Virus record (IMG/VR): IMGVR_UViG_2599185230_000001 | Coordinates: 1-64,000 of that record | Length of the DNA: 64,000 nucleotides | Reading direction: 5' to 3' (one strand) | DNA from: a virus | Lineage: Duplodnaviria > Caudoviricetes | Shown here: positions 46,552-56,199 of the stretch, piece by piece | Position numbering within the stretch: position 1 is the first letter of the stretch | Layout of the letters: each line of letters opens with the position of its first letter | Made by a program: the position numbers and the translations under genes | Notes under the pieces: generated by a model | Told to the model about the DNA's origin: nothing | The model's database searches: none | The model's input: only the letters and a program-made list of their open reading frames with translations

Positions 46552-47404
46552 CCCATGCCAACTTTTCCACCGCATGCTCCAAATCCTGAACCGACGGCCT
46601 GGTATACCTGGCCGTTGTATTAAGATCAGCATGCCCCATTAACGCGGCCACCCTGTCCAGGCTTTCCCCGGTATCCACGAGCATTTTCCCAAAGGTGTGT
46701 CGCAGCATATGCGGAGTGACATCCACCCCTGCTAACCGTGCGTATTTTGTTAGTACATTCTCGGCAGACCTAGTTGTGATATGTGCACCCCGGCGACCGG
46801 GAAATAACCACCCCGATTTCGCTTCATTTACGTACACATCCAATATTCTGCGCACTGTTACGTTTAGCGGTACCTCCCGATATTTATCTCCTTTGCCCTG
46901 ACGGATAATAACAAATCCGGAACGTTCACGAAGAGTTATGTCTTCAATTCGCAATGAAACAGCTTCAGATATTCGTAAACCGGTATGTAAAAGCAACATA
47001 ATCAGTGCAGTATCCCTCTCCTTACCATATTTTTGAACTGCTCTGATTAAAGCTCCAAGTTCCCTCCGGTCAAGCCATCGTGGGGCATTTTTTTGCTCCT
47101 GTACCCTTTTGATACCCGTAGCCGGGTTGGTTTTAACTAAATCCACAATACATGCCCAGGTGAAAAAGCTATTAATTACATCCAGGGCATGATTGACCGT
47201 GGCCGGTTTTTTCTTCTGATTGATAAGGTTGTTGCGATAATTGGCTATATCCAGGGCAGTTACGGAACGGGGATCGAACCGGCCATAGGTTTGGGCCAAC
47301 CACCCGGCAAACCGGTGTATCGTCTGCATATAAGAGCGCACGGTACGTTGGGATAGGCCCCGCCCCTGCAAGTTCGTTTTGAAATTACTTAAAAATTTTT
47401 CCAC
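46547..47404 (-). CDS. Tyrosine recombinase (XerC/D-like); stop codon supplied by the phage end
   Basis: TGLRISE; GKG.K.R; PHMLRHTF; MGH....T..Y. Confidence 0.93.
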   Translation of the reverse strand: MEKFLSNFKTNLQGRGLSQRTVRSYMQTIHRFAGWLAQTYGRFDPRSVTALDIANYRNNLINQKKKPATVNHALDVINSFFTWACIVDLVKTNPATGIKRVQEQKNAPRWLDRRELGALIRAVQKYGKERDTALIMLLLHTGLRISEAVSLRIEDITLRERSGFVIIRQGKGDKYREVPLNVTVRRILDVYVNEAKSGWLFPGRRGAHITTRSAENVLTKYARLAGVDVTPHMLRHTFGKMLVDTGESLDRVAALMGHADLNTTARYTRPSVQDLEHAVEKLAWV

Positions 47405-47483
47405 TTTTCACTCCTTTCCTTATTAACCGCATAAAGGTGATTGATCCTATAGGTGTTCCTCTTGAATTTGCATATCTGTTCTT

Positions 47484-49427
47484 TTAAACAGCCATCTGTT
47501 CAAGTAATTGTGCCATAGTCGTTATATTAACGGCCGTTGTCATCTCGGGAATATTCGCCCTCACTAGCGCGGTAGCAACAGGGGGACATACGGCGTTACC
47601 ACATCTAGCGACTTGGGCAGTCTTGCTGTACGCTTTGCCGAGATAGTCCCTGTCAATCATGTAATCCGGCGGAAAGCCTTGAGCGTTGTAAAGCTCGCGC
47701 GGAGTCAGCATCCGCATGCCGATATCCGCGATAAAATACGCAGTACCATTTATCCAGAGAAGGATTACTTCATCGTCGGCTAAAATATAGCTACAGTATT
47801 TATTTAACAATGCACGTATCTTCGGCCAGTTTTTAAGATCTGCTCCTGGCATGGCTTTTACAAGAGTCGTATATACCGTCCCGAACTCACCGCCACCAGC
47901 TGTTAATGTTTGCAATGGCTCATGCGGAATTTGCCCAATATTTGTTCCCTTGAATTTAATAATGTGTGAAGTAACAACAGCCGTATGACTGTTGCAGAGT
48001 TGGGTGTTTACCGGTTCTTCCACGCTTCGCGCAACACTCGCTTTGCCGTGGAATTCGGATAGCACTGCTGTTGTTAATGCCTCCCGATCTTTTGACGTTA
48101 TTGTGTGGCATGGGCTATCCATATCGTGACCATGCTTTTCAGTACCGAAATATTTAACTATCTGAGCAGCCGCCAACCCATAGCGGTTAGAACCATCAAT
48201 GGTCATAATAGGAATCGCAAGGTTTTGTCCTCTGACGTACTCCTGCTTTTTTTCGCTGTGATACTGGATCAGGGAGGGCATTATAAGCATTTGACTTCCG
48301 GAACTGGTTACCGTGTTCATCGGCACCCTCATGTCTGTTCCACTCGCGTTCTCATGATTATGCATGTAGAAGGGGGTTATCACCGGCGCTGCTACTCCGT
48401 ATCCATGCTTTGCCGTAACAGTCTGCATAACGTCGTCAATGCTGCCGCCCCTAAATCCACCCGAATGATTTGTAATTACAATAAAAGGTTTACCACTCCT
48501 GATCGTGAATTTATCCACACCACGCGCCACCCGCTTTAGTGTGTTATCCGCCAAGGGACGGACGGCATTGACACCGTACTGCTCCTTAATCTCTGCCTTG
48601 CTGGCGAAAATAGACGGGCAAGGGATTGACCAGTTAATGATCTCGGCGGCGCTGCGCCATTTTGGCAGGCTGTTTTTTCCGTCCCGCGAGTGTGTTGGTT
48701 TCGGCTTAACAATCGGTTGCCCGTCGCACCGAAACACACCGAAATATCGCTTGCGGATTGTAGGCGCTCCATAGTCCGCTGCTACAAGTTCCCAGCCGTC
48801 GTAATCGTAGCCAAGCCCCCTGATAAGGCGCTGTGCGTCTGGACTGAACGGCGCGATGTGCAGGAACTCGCAAGCTTCCATCAGCGCAGGGTGATCAGGC
48901 TCAATACCGGTCGTCAACATACCAATGAATGCCTTGAAAGTCTCTCCAACGTGATCCGGATCGGGATACCACTTACCATCCGACCGCTGGATCAGCGGTC
49001 CCCAGGTCTGGATCTCCTCGACGTTCTCCATGAACATAACACGAGGCCGAACGGCAAGTGCCCACCGAAGGATAACCCATGACAGGCCGCGAATTTTCTT
49101 TTCGACCGGTTTTCCACCCTTCGCCTTGGAAAAATGTCGGCAGTCCGGGGAGAACCAAGCAATGCCGACCGGCCGACCGGCGCACACCTTAACTGGATCG
49201 ACGTCAAATACGTCCTCCTGCAGGTGCTGTGTATAGGGATGATTTGTACGGTGCATTCTAATCGCGTCTGGATCGTGGTTGACGGCGATCGTCACCGGCG
49301 CGCCGGTCGCTATTGATATACCCGTGTCGGCTCCGCCTCCACCAGCAAAGTTTACGACGGTAATCTCATCAAAAAGGATCTCCTGTGCTTTCAAGCACGT
49401 ATTTATCATCATCTCGTCCTCCAGCAT
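47484..49427 (-). CDS. C5-cytosine DNA methyltransferase (phage type, orphan)
   Basis: FAGGGG; SPDC; MENV; R.R; RML..REL..AQGFP; GNAV. Confidence 0.93.
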   Translation of the reverse strand: MLEDEMMINTCLKAQEILFDEITVVNFAGGGGADTGISIATGAPVTIAVNHDPDAIRMHRTNHPYTQHLQEDVFDVDPVKVCAGRPVGIAWFSPDCRHFSKAKGGKPVEKKIRGLSWVILRWALAVRPRVMFMENVEEIQTWGPLIQRSDGKWYPDPDHVGETFKAFIGMLTTGIEPDHPALMEACEFLHIAPFSPDAQRLIRGLGYDYDGWELVAADYGAPTIRKRYFGVFRCDGQPIVKPKPTHSRDGKNSLPKWRSAAEIINWSIPCPSIFASKAEIKEQYGVNAVRPLADNTLKRVARGVDKFTIRSGKPFIVITNHSGGFRGGSIDDVMQTVTAKHGYGVAAPVITPFYMHNHENASGTDMRVPMNTVTSSGSQMLIMPSLIQYHSEKKQEYVRGQNLAIPIMTIDGSNRYGLAAAQIVKYFGTEKHGHDMDSPCHTITSKDREALTTAVLSEFHGKASVARSVEEPVNTQLCNSHTAVVTSHIIKFKGTNIGQIPHEPLQTLTAGGGEFGTVYTTLVKAMPGADLKNWPKIRALLNKYCSYILADDEVILLWINGTAYFIADIGMRMLTPRELYNAQGFPPDYMIDRDYLGKAYSKTAQVARCGNAVCPPVATALVRANIPEMTTAVNITTMAQLLEQMAV

Positions 49428-49484
49428 ATTTTTTAAACGCGCATTAATTTCTATTAATTTCTTTGTGGTTTTCTTATGCGAAGT

Positions 49485-49513
49485 AAAAAACCCCCGTTAA
49501 ACAGGGGGTTTTT
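49485..49513. terminator. Bidirectional terminator-like hairpin
   Basis: AAAAAACCCCC-GTTAAACA-GGGGGTTTTT. Confidence 0.55.
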
Positions 49514-49768
49514 ACAACTTATCCGAAGTTTTTAGCCTTATTTCTTCGTATAAGACCTCTTATTCAAATTTTTTGTTTTAGTGACTTTTTCCGACAAACT
49601 TTAATACTAGATTTGTGATAAAATTAAGGAAAGTTTTTATCAATGCAATATTTATCCAATTTTTTATATTTGTTCTAGGAACTAATACTACCCTATTATA
49701 TAAGACATCTCTTTTTTAATTATTTATAATTAAATCTTTAGTAATTTATTAGAATTAGTGGGGTAAAT

Positions 49769-50446
49769 ATGACATACATATTCAAGGTAATTTCAAGGAA
49801 ATACTATCCATTCATGATAATTACATGGCTTGTTGCTGGCTTCATAACAATGTCCATTTCACAACCTCTTATTGGCCACAACATAAACAATATTTTAGAA
49901 CAATTTACTCCCTTCAATATTCGAGTTATTCCTTTTGCCTATTTTTTACTTACAATTATAATGTCGTTTATCTCCTTAAATTACGGTCAAGAAATAAACG
50001 AGACTATTATTAAAAAACTAATACTATATCGTTTACAGATTAGAGAGAGTGATCACCTATCATCGGAATATTATGAAGATCTACTATCGTATTGGAAGCA
50101 TTACACAAAACAATTTCAAATGCAGGTTATAAATAACAATGAATTATCTGCAGAGCTATTAGATTTTGAAATTAAAAATCATATTTTAAAAACTTCAACT
50201 CTATGGAATTTTGCTAGGGCGTTTTTCTCTATCATTAGTCACATTTCCGTTTATTTATTATCTTTTTTAATTTTAATAGACATAAACTGGATTTTGATTT
50301 GTTGCTTTTCACTAATAACACCACTGCTACTATATATACATTTTTACTTTTCCGGTTTCTTTTCTCGGCAAAAAGTCGAAACAAGTTCATTCATAATTAA
50401 ACTCATAAGTCCTTGGGAGTTTCATGATACCATTAATACTTACTAA
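49769..50446 (+). CDS. AT-rich membrane protein (about 4 TM helices)
   Basis: Two hydrophobic pairs flanking a soluble loop; very low GC. Confidence 0.6.
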   Translation: MTYIFKVISRKYYPFMIITWLVAGFITMSISQPLIGHNINNILEQFTPFNIRVIPFAYFLLTIIMSFISLNYGQEINETIIKKLILYRLQIRESDHLSSEYYEDLLSYWKHYTKQFQMQVINNNELSAELLDFEIKNHILKTSTLWNFARAFFSIISHISVYLLSFLILIDINWILICCFSLITPLLLYIHFYFSGFFSRQKVETSSFIIKLISPWEFHDTINTY

Positions 50447-50521
50447 AACTGAATAAAAAGCAAAAATATATAGAAGAATTACCAAACTTATAATAAATGC
50501 AAACATTTTATTTCCATCCAC
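50387..50521 (-). CDS. 44-aa hydrophobic peptide (not in ORF track)
   Basis: AGGAGG SD, GTG start; MDGNKMFAFIISLVILLYIFAFYSVLVSINGIMK... Confidence 0.4.
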   Translation of the reverse strand: MDGNKMFAFIISLVILLYIFAFYSVLVSINGIMKLPRTYEFNYE

Positions 50522-50671
50522 GAACTATACCTCCTAAATTTCTTGCCAGTTCATAATCACTCTATCGGCACACTTTGTACAGTCTCCTATTTGCCCACCG
50601 AGCAAAGCGTTCAAGATAGGAAGCAGCATCTTTATAAAGAATTACAAATTATTAAATCAGAGTCTGATGCC

Positions 50672-50794
50672 CTAACCTCTATAAACGGTAGCACGAACCG
50701 TACCCGGTTTAAGTTTCTGGTTCCGAAGCACTGTTTTGCTGACCAGATTCTTCGGAACATCGCTCCAACTTCTATAGTGTGGAAGATTTGGCAC
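50672..50794 (-). pseudogene. 40-codon ORF, probable gene remnant
   Basis: MPNLPHYRSWSDVPKNLVSKTVLRNQKLKPG... then early TAG. Confidence 0.35.
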
Positions 50795-50864
50795 GTCGAC
50801 CATCCCTTTTATAATATCTTTTTATATCCTTGACACCGCCGCACTATAATGAACATAGCGTTAT

Positions 50865-51053
50865 TTATTTACTGCTTGCCTTTCCTCCTGGTACCAAGCG
50901 ATTTGGGTACCAAGTGATTTGTTCCTTATAGAAAGCCACAATATGCTCATCGAGTTCCTGGCTAGCGCTCACGACTTCGGAGCTTACTAAAGAACCTTTA
51001 GTAGCGTATAATTTTAGCCGTGCACTCTCAATTTTCTGGTCAATATTTTCCAA
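50865..51053 (-). CDS. Spo0E-family aspartyl-phosphate phosphatase
   Basis: IE..R..L...VV..SQELD..I signature; TTG start after GGAGG. Confidence 0.8.
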   Translation of the reverse strand: MENIDQKIESARLKLYATKGSLVSSEVVSASQELDEHIVAFYKEQITWYPNRLVPGGKASSK

Positions 51054-51071
51054 ATAAGACACCTCCCTATA

Positions 51072-51108
51072 ACAAAAATAGCCACAAACCTTCGAAAAGG
51101 TTGGTGGC
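51072..51108 (-). terminator. Terminator directly upstream of the Spo0E-like RBS
   Basis: GCCAC-C-AACCUU-UUCG-AAGGUU-U-GUGGC-UAUUUUUGUU. Confidence 0.7.
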
Positions 51109-51563
51109 ATCCAATTTTTAACAACCACTTTTATTACGCTGTATTACGCCGCCCCTTCCGGGGCCTGGCTAAAACATTCGCATGTACCTTCTTCTTCTTC
51201 TGCCGGCTTGAGTGCCCTGGGTCTTAGCCTGCGGATGAGAATTCATTCTTCAATTTCACTTTGCTGGTAACTACATGCTTCAGGTGCTATGATTTTTAAT
51301 TAGGGACGTTAACAATTATACTTTATTTTTTTGAGCAACGTTGACCCAAATTTATTTTTTATCATTCGAAAGTTGAAACCGGTGTAGATTTATTTATACA
51401 CGTTGTTTATGGAATAGTTTCTGCTTATTTTGGTAAAAAATAAACTAATTTCAGATAAGGTAAACAGTATAATTATTTAGATTAGATGTAGTTTTTTTAT
51501 CATTTTTTTATTACTATTAAAGTTAATGCTACCATGCCTTAACAGCCGGGGGGATAACCAACT

Positions 51564-52016
51564 TTGGATAAAAAAAAGCTGGTCCATAAGCTTAAGGAGT
51601 TTTCAGCATTGGAAGCTTATCAGGTAAAACTTTACCAATCTCAAATACAAGCACTTGAAGATCCACATATCAAGCATGTATATGAAAGATTTGTTGTTCG
51701 GGAAAAAGAACACCGAGACTTTATAACACAACAGCTTGAAAACCTTGGCGTAGGTATCAATTTGGCGGGTCCGTCTTTTACGCTTGCCGGTATTGTTTCT
51801 GGAAAGACACTAGACCTCTTGAGCCTTAAAGATCGGTATAAGCTCGGTATAGCAGTCGAACATAAAGCCGTCCAGATGTATCATGAGTTTATTGAAATGA
51901 CACGCCATGATCCCGAATTGTCAGAGTTAAATAAGAAACTGGCATATTTTATGGTTGATGAAGAGCAACACGAATTCTGGTTTAAGGAACATCTTACAAG
52001 ATTGGAACATGTATAA
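51564..52016 (+). CDS. Ferritin-like di-iron protein (rubrerythrin/Coq7-like)
   Basis: E...Y..Q; E.EH; E..A...Y; DEEQH. Confidence 0.8.
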   Translation: MDKKKLVHKLKEFSALEAYQVKLYQSQIQALEDPHIKHVYERFVVREKEHRDFITQQLENLGVGINLAGPSFTLAGIVSGKTLDLLSLKDRYKLGIAVEHKAVQMYHEFIEMTRHDPELSELNKKLAYFMVDEEQHEFWFKEHLTRLEHV

Positions 52017-52255
52017 ACTACTTGTTTAAGAAGATTATAAATTATTAACGACAAATCTTTTTAAAATCAAAAAAGCTAATAAATCTATTTTAAAGATAAT
52101 ATTCTCTGAATCTATTGAGCCATAACCGTCGCCTCCGTGCTTAACCCTTTTTTAAATGCTTCTTTGAGCACATCCCATAATGTAAACATAAAAACACTCC
52201 AAAAGAACCAATAAGATATAACCCCTCATAAAAAAAAACCGGCGTTAACCGGTTC

Positions 52256-52420
52256 TCAAGTTTGTTTAGAAATTTTAACATCCAAATATACTCGTACATA
52301 CTCAGAATTTCTATTTTGATACTGGGTCGATTCAGATAGAATGCGATAACCTTTCTCACGAAGGCTCAGGATCATTCTTTCCACTTCTGCAGGGAGACCC
52401 TGAAGACGGATTTTTACCAT
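52256..52420 (-). CDS. DUF3970-like small protein
   Basis: MVKIRLQG...EV...IL.ES..Y.NR....VRVY; AGAGGAG SD. Confidence 0.65.
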   Translation of the reverse strand: MVKIRLQGLPAEVERMILSLREKGYRILSESTQYQNRNSEYVRVYLDVKISKQT

Positions 52421-52460
52421 TTCAAAAACTCCTCTATTTTCATTTAAAAAGTTAATAAAA

Positions 52461-52940
52461 CTATTGTCCATTAACAGCCTGCATAATTGCCCGGAGACCA
52501 GCATCCTGTAAGCCGCCGCCTTTGCCGCGCTTTCCTCCGCCAATCGAAACAGGTTCTTTTGCATATGTAACTTCCACGTTATATTCACGTAATTTGTTCT
52601 TCTGGCGGTTACGCCTTTGTCGGCGCTGGCATTTGCGCTTATTCAACCAACCTTCTATACCGCCAATTTCATATAACCTACTGTAACTCATGTCAAGTAC
52701 GTGAGCTAAAGCCCTTACTCCATCATGCCCACAGTTTTTCATCATGAATCTAACCATAATGGTTCTCATTTCAGGCTCAAATTTCCATGCTGTTTGAATT
52801 TCAGATTTAGTACCTAATATCTCAGTCAATACCATCCCTCCCGTATAATGCCTTTTTACTACGCACTCTCCAAGGGGCCGGCATGACAATCCGACCCCGT
52901 ACGACAGCGCATAATAACGCTGTTTTTTATGAATAAACAT
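52461..52940 (-). CDS. Hypothetical HTH-like basic protein (true start probably near 52830)
   Basis: Internal GGAGG SD; VRALAHVLDMSYSRLY helix-turn-helix-like segment. Confidence 0.45.
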   Translation of the reverse strand: MFIHKKQRYYALSYGVGLSCRPLGECVVKRHYTGGMVLTEILGTKSEIQTAWKFEPEMRTIMVRFMMKNCGHDGVRALAHVLDMSYSRLYEIGGIEGWLNKRKCQRRQRRNRQKNKLREYNVEVTYAKEPVSIGGGKRGKGGGLQDAGLRAIMQAVNGQ

Positions 52941-53515
52941 GATTGCGCTATAACAGCGGCGATATCCTTTGACCCTTTACGGGGAGCTCGTCAAGCCCCG
53001 TTGCCGATATACGGTGGGGGAGCTCTTAGCATCTATGCGCCTGGTTATTAATTCACGTGGTATTTGATAACACATAATTTAGATCCGCATAAATTTATCT
53101 ATTCTCAAACCTCCGCGAAAAATAAACCATTTGCTTCGCCGTTCATTCCCGGCTCTCTTTGCCGATATCTGCCAAAACTATTATTATCAATCATCTTCCC
53201 GCCAGGCAACGGTTTTTCAACCAGTAACGTGACGGGGTTCTAATGCAATTGTCAGGGATCAAACCGGCTTGCGGCCACCGGTAAACTGCTCCCGGTTACC
53301 GGATGGGAGCTTCCTGTTTTTATTTATGTAAATTACACATGATGTTTACAGGCATAACATCGGACGGTTCACGCCCTACTGCCGATTTTGACGGCACGCC
53401 TTCGGGCAGTTTGTCGCTGCCCGGGGGCCTACTGTCAAGATAGGCTATTAATTTCCTCCCCCCTACCCCCCCCGCCAAGCATCAATAGACTATACCGCAT
53501 TTGATAAATTCAATA

Positions 53516-54060
53516 CTAATTCCCTGAGATCATGGAACGCTTTTTCCAACCTGCTACTGTAACCGGGTTCACTTCCAGTTCACTTGCTACTTGCCTTAGT
53601 GATTTCCCCTCCGCCCGCATTTCCAATGCCTTTTCCCTGATTTCTTCCCTGGCTTCTTCACGCTGTGCCTCCAGGTCTGATACCCAGTTTTGCACCGTCT
53701 GCCGGGTCACTCCCATAACATTCGCTATCTCTCTGTCACCGGCCTGGTCCCGTACCACCGCCTGACCAGTTCTCTCATCTCACCCCTAGTTAGTGGTTTG
53801 CCGTGATGCAGGTTCAATTCTACTGCCCGGGCAGCTGGGTCATCCGGATTTTCAATTATAACTTCTACGTCATCCGTACCTATTTGTATGCATGCTTCAA
53901 AACGGTGCCGTCCATCCAGGAGTCGGTTATCCCGGGTTATCACTATTGGCGGAAATTTTGCGCCAGCAGCCATGGCCTCGCGGTAGCGCTCGACTGTATC
54001 CGGATCGAAATTCGTTCTCGGGTATATGGTTTCGTCGATGGCGATATTATTTATTTTCAT
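53516..54060 (-). pseudogene. ParB/Srx-domain plus HTH protein split by a frameshift
   Basis: FPPIV...LLDGRHR..A; removing 2 nt from ACAGAGAGATAGCG (~53730) joins it to EIANVMGVTRQTV.NW. Confidence 0.75.
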
Positions 54061-54100
54061 ATGTATTCACTTCGCAATATAGGAAAATTAATGGCATCTT

Positions 54101-54343
54101 TTAGATAGGTGCTTGCTCTACACGAGAGTTAACCTCATGATCTTTCTTATCCCTGGTATTATTTAAAAGGGAAATATCACGAATAACAGCCTCTGCAATT
54201 AGTCGCTTCATCATCTGGTAACCCTGGTTTATGGCCAACTGATCTCGATCCTTAGGGGGTACTTGATAAGTTTTGATTTTTATTGATTCGCAACGCGATT
54301 TACGTGCCACAGGGCACCTCTCCTTATTGCGCATTTTAAACAA
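54101..54343 (-). CDS. Hypothetical protein
   Basis: ORF with internal AAGGAGAGG SD. Confidence 0.45.
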   Translation of the reverse strand: MFKMRNKERCPVARKSRCESIKIKTYQVPPKDRDQLAINQGYQMMKRLIAEAVIRDISLLNNTRDKKDHEVNSRVEQAPI

Positions 54344-54453
54344 ACATTTACCCCGGGTCCGACACGCATTTACATTAATTTTTAGGTCGCCGTGGTAAGA
54401 TATAATTACGCTTGTGATTCTTAAAAAGCTGGATATTTTACTTAGCTACTAAA

Positions 54454-54660
54454 CTAATCAATTGATTTGTTGATTTGCTTCATTATTATGGCCCTGGCTA
54501 ATCGACCTGCCCAAGGTACCGCACAATCGTCTCCTATCCACCAGCGGCACCTGCTTTGTTTACATGGCTGGTCTATTGGCATTAACCCAGCAGTGTTATC
54601 TTTAAGGTAAGCAGTTAATACCGGACAAATTTTGGCATGGCGATCTTTTTTAGGTTCCAT
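54454..54660 (-). CDS. Small Cys-rich hypothetical protein
   Basis: KICP...C....C.WW...CA; AAGGAG SD. Confidence 0.65.
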   Translation of the reverse strand: MEPKKDRHAKICPVLTAYLKDNTAGLMPIDQPCKQSRCRWWIGDDCAVPWAGRLARAIIMKQINKSID

Positions 54661-54677
54661 TGTTAAGCTCCTTTTAG

Positions 54678-54893
54678 TTAACTGGCTTGCTCTTCGAGAA
54701 GGTCGGTAAGCTTTACACCAAGAGTAGCTGCCAGTTTCACCGCTTCATTTATATCAGGCAATAGTTTACCAGTTTCCCAATCCGAAATAGTTGTTTGTGG
54801 CTTGTTAACTAACCGGCCTAATTCCAGTTGCGACAGCTTCTGTTTTTTACGAAAGTATCTGAGCTGAGCTCCAAACACTTCATCCACCTCCAT
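54678..54893 (-). CDS. Cro-like XRE HTH
   Basis: LSQ.EL...V......IS.WE.G...P. Confidence 0.85.
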   Translation of the reverse strand: MEVDEVFGAQLRYFRKKQKLSQLELGRLVNKPQTTISDWETGKLLPDINEAVKLAATLGVKLTDLLEEQAS

Positions 54894-54904
54894 TTAACAT
54901 GTTA

Positions 54905-54990
54905 AACGATATTTCGTTATAGTCAACGAAAAACCGTTAACTGCACCTAAAAAAACTAATGTAAAATAGTTTAAATAACGATATTCCGTT
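54905..54990. promoter_or_regulatory. Three AACG-N6-CGTT operators
   Basis: 54905-18, 54925-38, 54977-90 between divergent HTH genes. Confidence 0.75.
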
Positions 54991-55006
54991 AAAAGGAAAA
55001 TTTGCC

Positions 55007-55348
55007 ATGGATATTAATGAACACATTATCAAGCTTCGGAAAGAAAAAGGTTATAGCACAACCAGACTTGCCAAACTGGCTGGCATCGCACAATCAACAT
55101 TACGTGAAATCGAACTTGGTAATACTTCACCAACGTTTGATACTATAAGAAAAATTAGTATTGCATTGGGGGTACCCCCGTTTGTTTTTGCTATAGATCC
55201 CGATTTTCAACCACCTGAGTTATCAGAGTTTTTGCTTGCGGGAACCTCTCTTGAGTTTCGTCGCATAGTATTGAAGTTAAAACAATTGCCACCAGACAAG
55301 CTTAAAATTCTCGAATCAGTTTTAGATACATGGGTTGAATCTAACTAA
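55007..55348 (+). CDS. XRE repressor
   Basis: LRKEKG.S...LAK.AGI.QSTL..IE.G...P. Confidence 0.85.
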   Translation: MDINEHIIKLRKEKGYSTTRLAKLAGIAQSTLREIELGNTSPTFDTIRKISIALGVPPFVFAIDPDFQPPELSEFLLAGTSLEFRRIVLKLKQLPPDKLKILESVLDTWVESN

Positions 55349-55383
55349 ATCCTCACCGCCACTAAACCGAAAGGAGAGCAACC

Positions 55384-55671
55384 ATGACTAATGAAGAATT
55401 CCAAACATTAGTACTCCAACACTTTCAAAAGGTTTATGAGAAATTAGATTCCGTTGATAAACGCCAAATTAAATTAGAAAATGTAGTTACTCGCATAGAA
55501 ACCGACCACGGCGAAAAACTTAGTATCCTTTTAGACGGCCATGAGCAAAAAACTCAAATACTTGACCGCCACACCGAGCAACTTGACCGCATTGAAAGTA
55601 AAATCGAAAGCCACGACATCCAAATTTCCGTGCTGGATAAAACCAAAGCTAATAAGCGTAAAGCAAAGTAA
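55384..55671 (+). CDS. Coiled-coil hypothetical protein
   Basis: Heptad-rich; AAAGGAG SD. Confidence 0.7.
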   Translation: MTNEEFQTLVLQHFQKVYEKLDSVDKRQIKLENVVTRIETDHGEKLSILLDGHEQKTQILDRHTEQLDRIESKIESHDIQISVLDKTKANKRKAK

Positions 55672-55764
55672 TCCTATTGGCATTAACCCGGCAGTGTTGT
55701 CTTTAAGATAAGCAGTTAATACCGGACAAATTTTGGCGTGGCGATCTTTTTTAGGTTCCATGGG

Positions 55765-56031
55765 TTAGCTTCCTTCAGTGCCTGTATGTCTTTTACCACC
55801 ACTACATACATGTAATGGTTTATCCAAAAAAATATATTCATTATAGTCAAGTCCATTTTTCTTGCAAAATTTCATAAACCTTCCTAGAAATTTAGGACCT
55901 GCTACACTTTTGGTATTCAATACCCTATGTAATTGAGCAACGTCAACTTCAAGCTGACGGGCAAACTCATGATAATTACCTTCAGCATGTATAGACATCA
56001 ATTTTTTCACTTTTTCTTTATTTAAAAACAT
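55765..56031 (-). CDS. Cro/Xis-like HTH
   Basis: FARQL.V....L.RVLN...G.KF. Confidence 0.7.
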   Translation of the reverse strand: MFLNKEKVKKLMSIHAEGNYHEFARQLEVDVAQLHRVLNTKSVAGPKFLGRFMKFCKKNGLDYNEYIFLDKPLHVCSGGKRHTGTEGS

Positions 56032-56046
56032 TATTACACCTCCAGG

Positions 56047-56150
56047 TATTACATGTAATCAACATTGATTACATGTAATACTATAACACTGCCATTACAT
56101 GCAGTCAATGGATTTTTTAAAAAAAGTTGGTCATTGATTGCAATCAATGA
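56047..56150. promoter_or_regulatory. Operator palindromes of the ImmR-like switch
   Basis: TATTACATGTAATCAA-CA-TTGATTACATGTAATA and TCATTGATTGCAATCAATGA. Confidence 0.75.
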
Positions 56151-56199
56151 TTTTGTTATATAATATGTACTATAGGTAAAAGGAGTAGGAGATATCTAT

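Larger units (their letters stand above)
54573..55761. repeat. 88-bp direct repeat (54573-54660 / 55674-55761)
   Basis: 84/88 identical; all 4 differences synonymous. Confidence 0.9.

Noticed and set aside
49485-49513. Tn916/ICEBs1-type nic site look-alike
   Set aside because: Lacks the CTAA core, has A/T tails typical of a terminator, and no MOBT relaxase is nearby.
51147-51170. SRP RNA domain IV look-alike (CAGGCCCCGGAAGGGGCGGC)
   Set aside because: Lacks the AGCAG internal loop and long flanking helix; it is a plain GGAA hairpin.
55531-55761. 76-aa ORF as a real gene
   Set aside because: Only the first 29 codons match the duplicated gene; the rest is antisense to 55384-55671.
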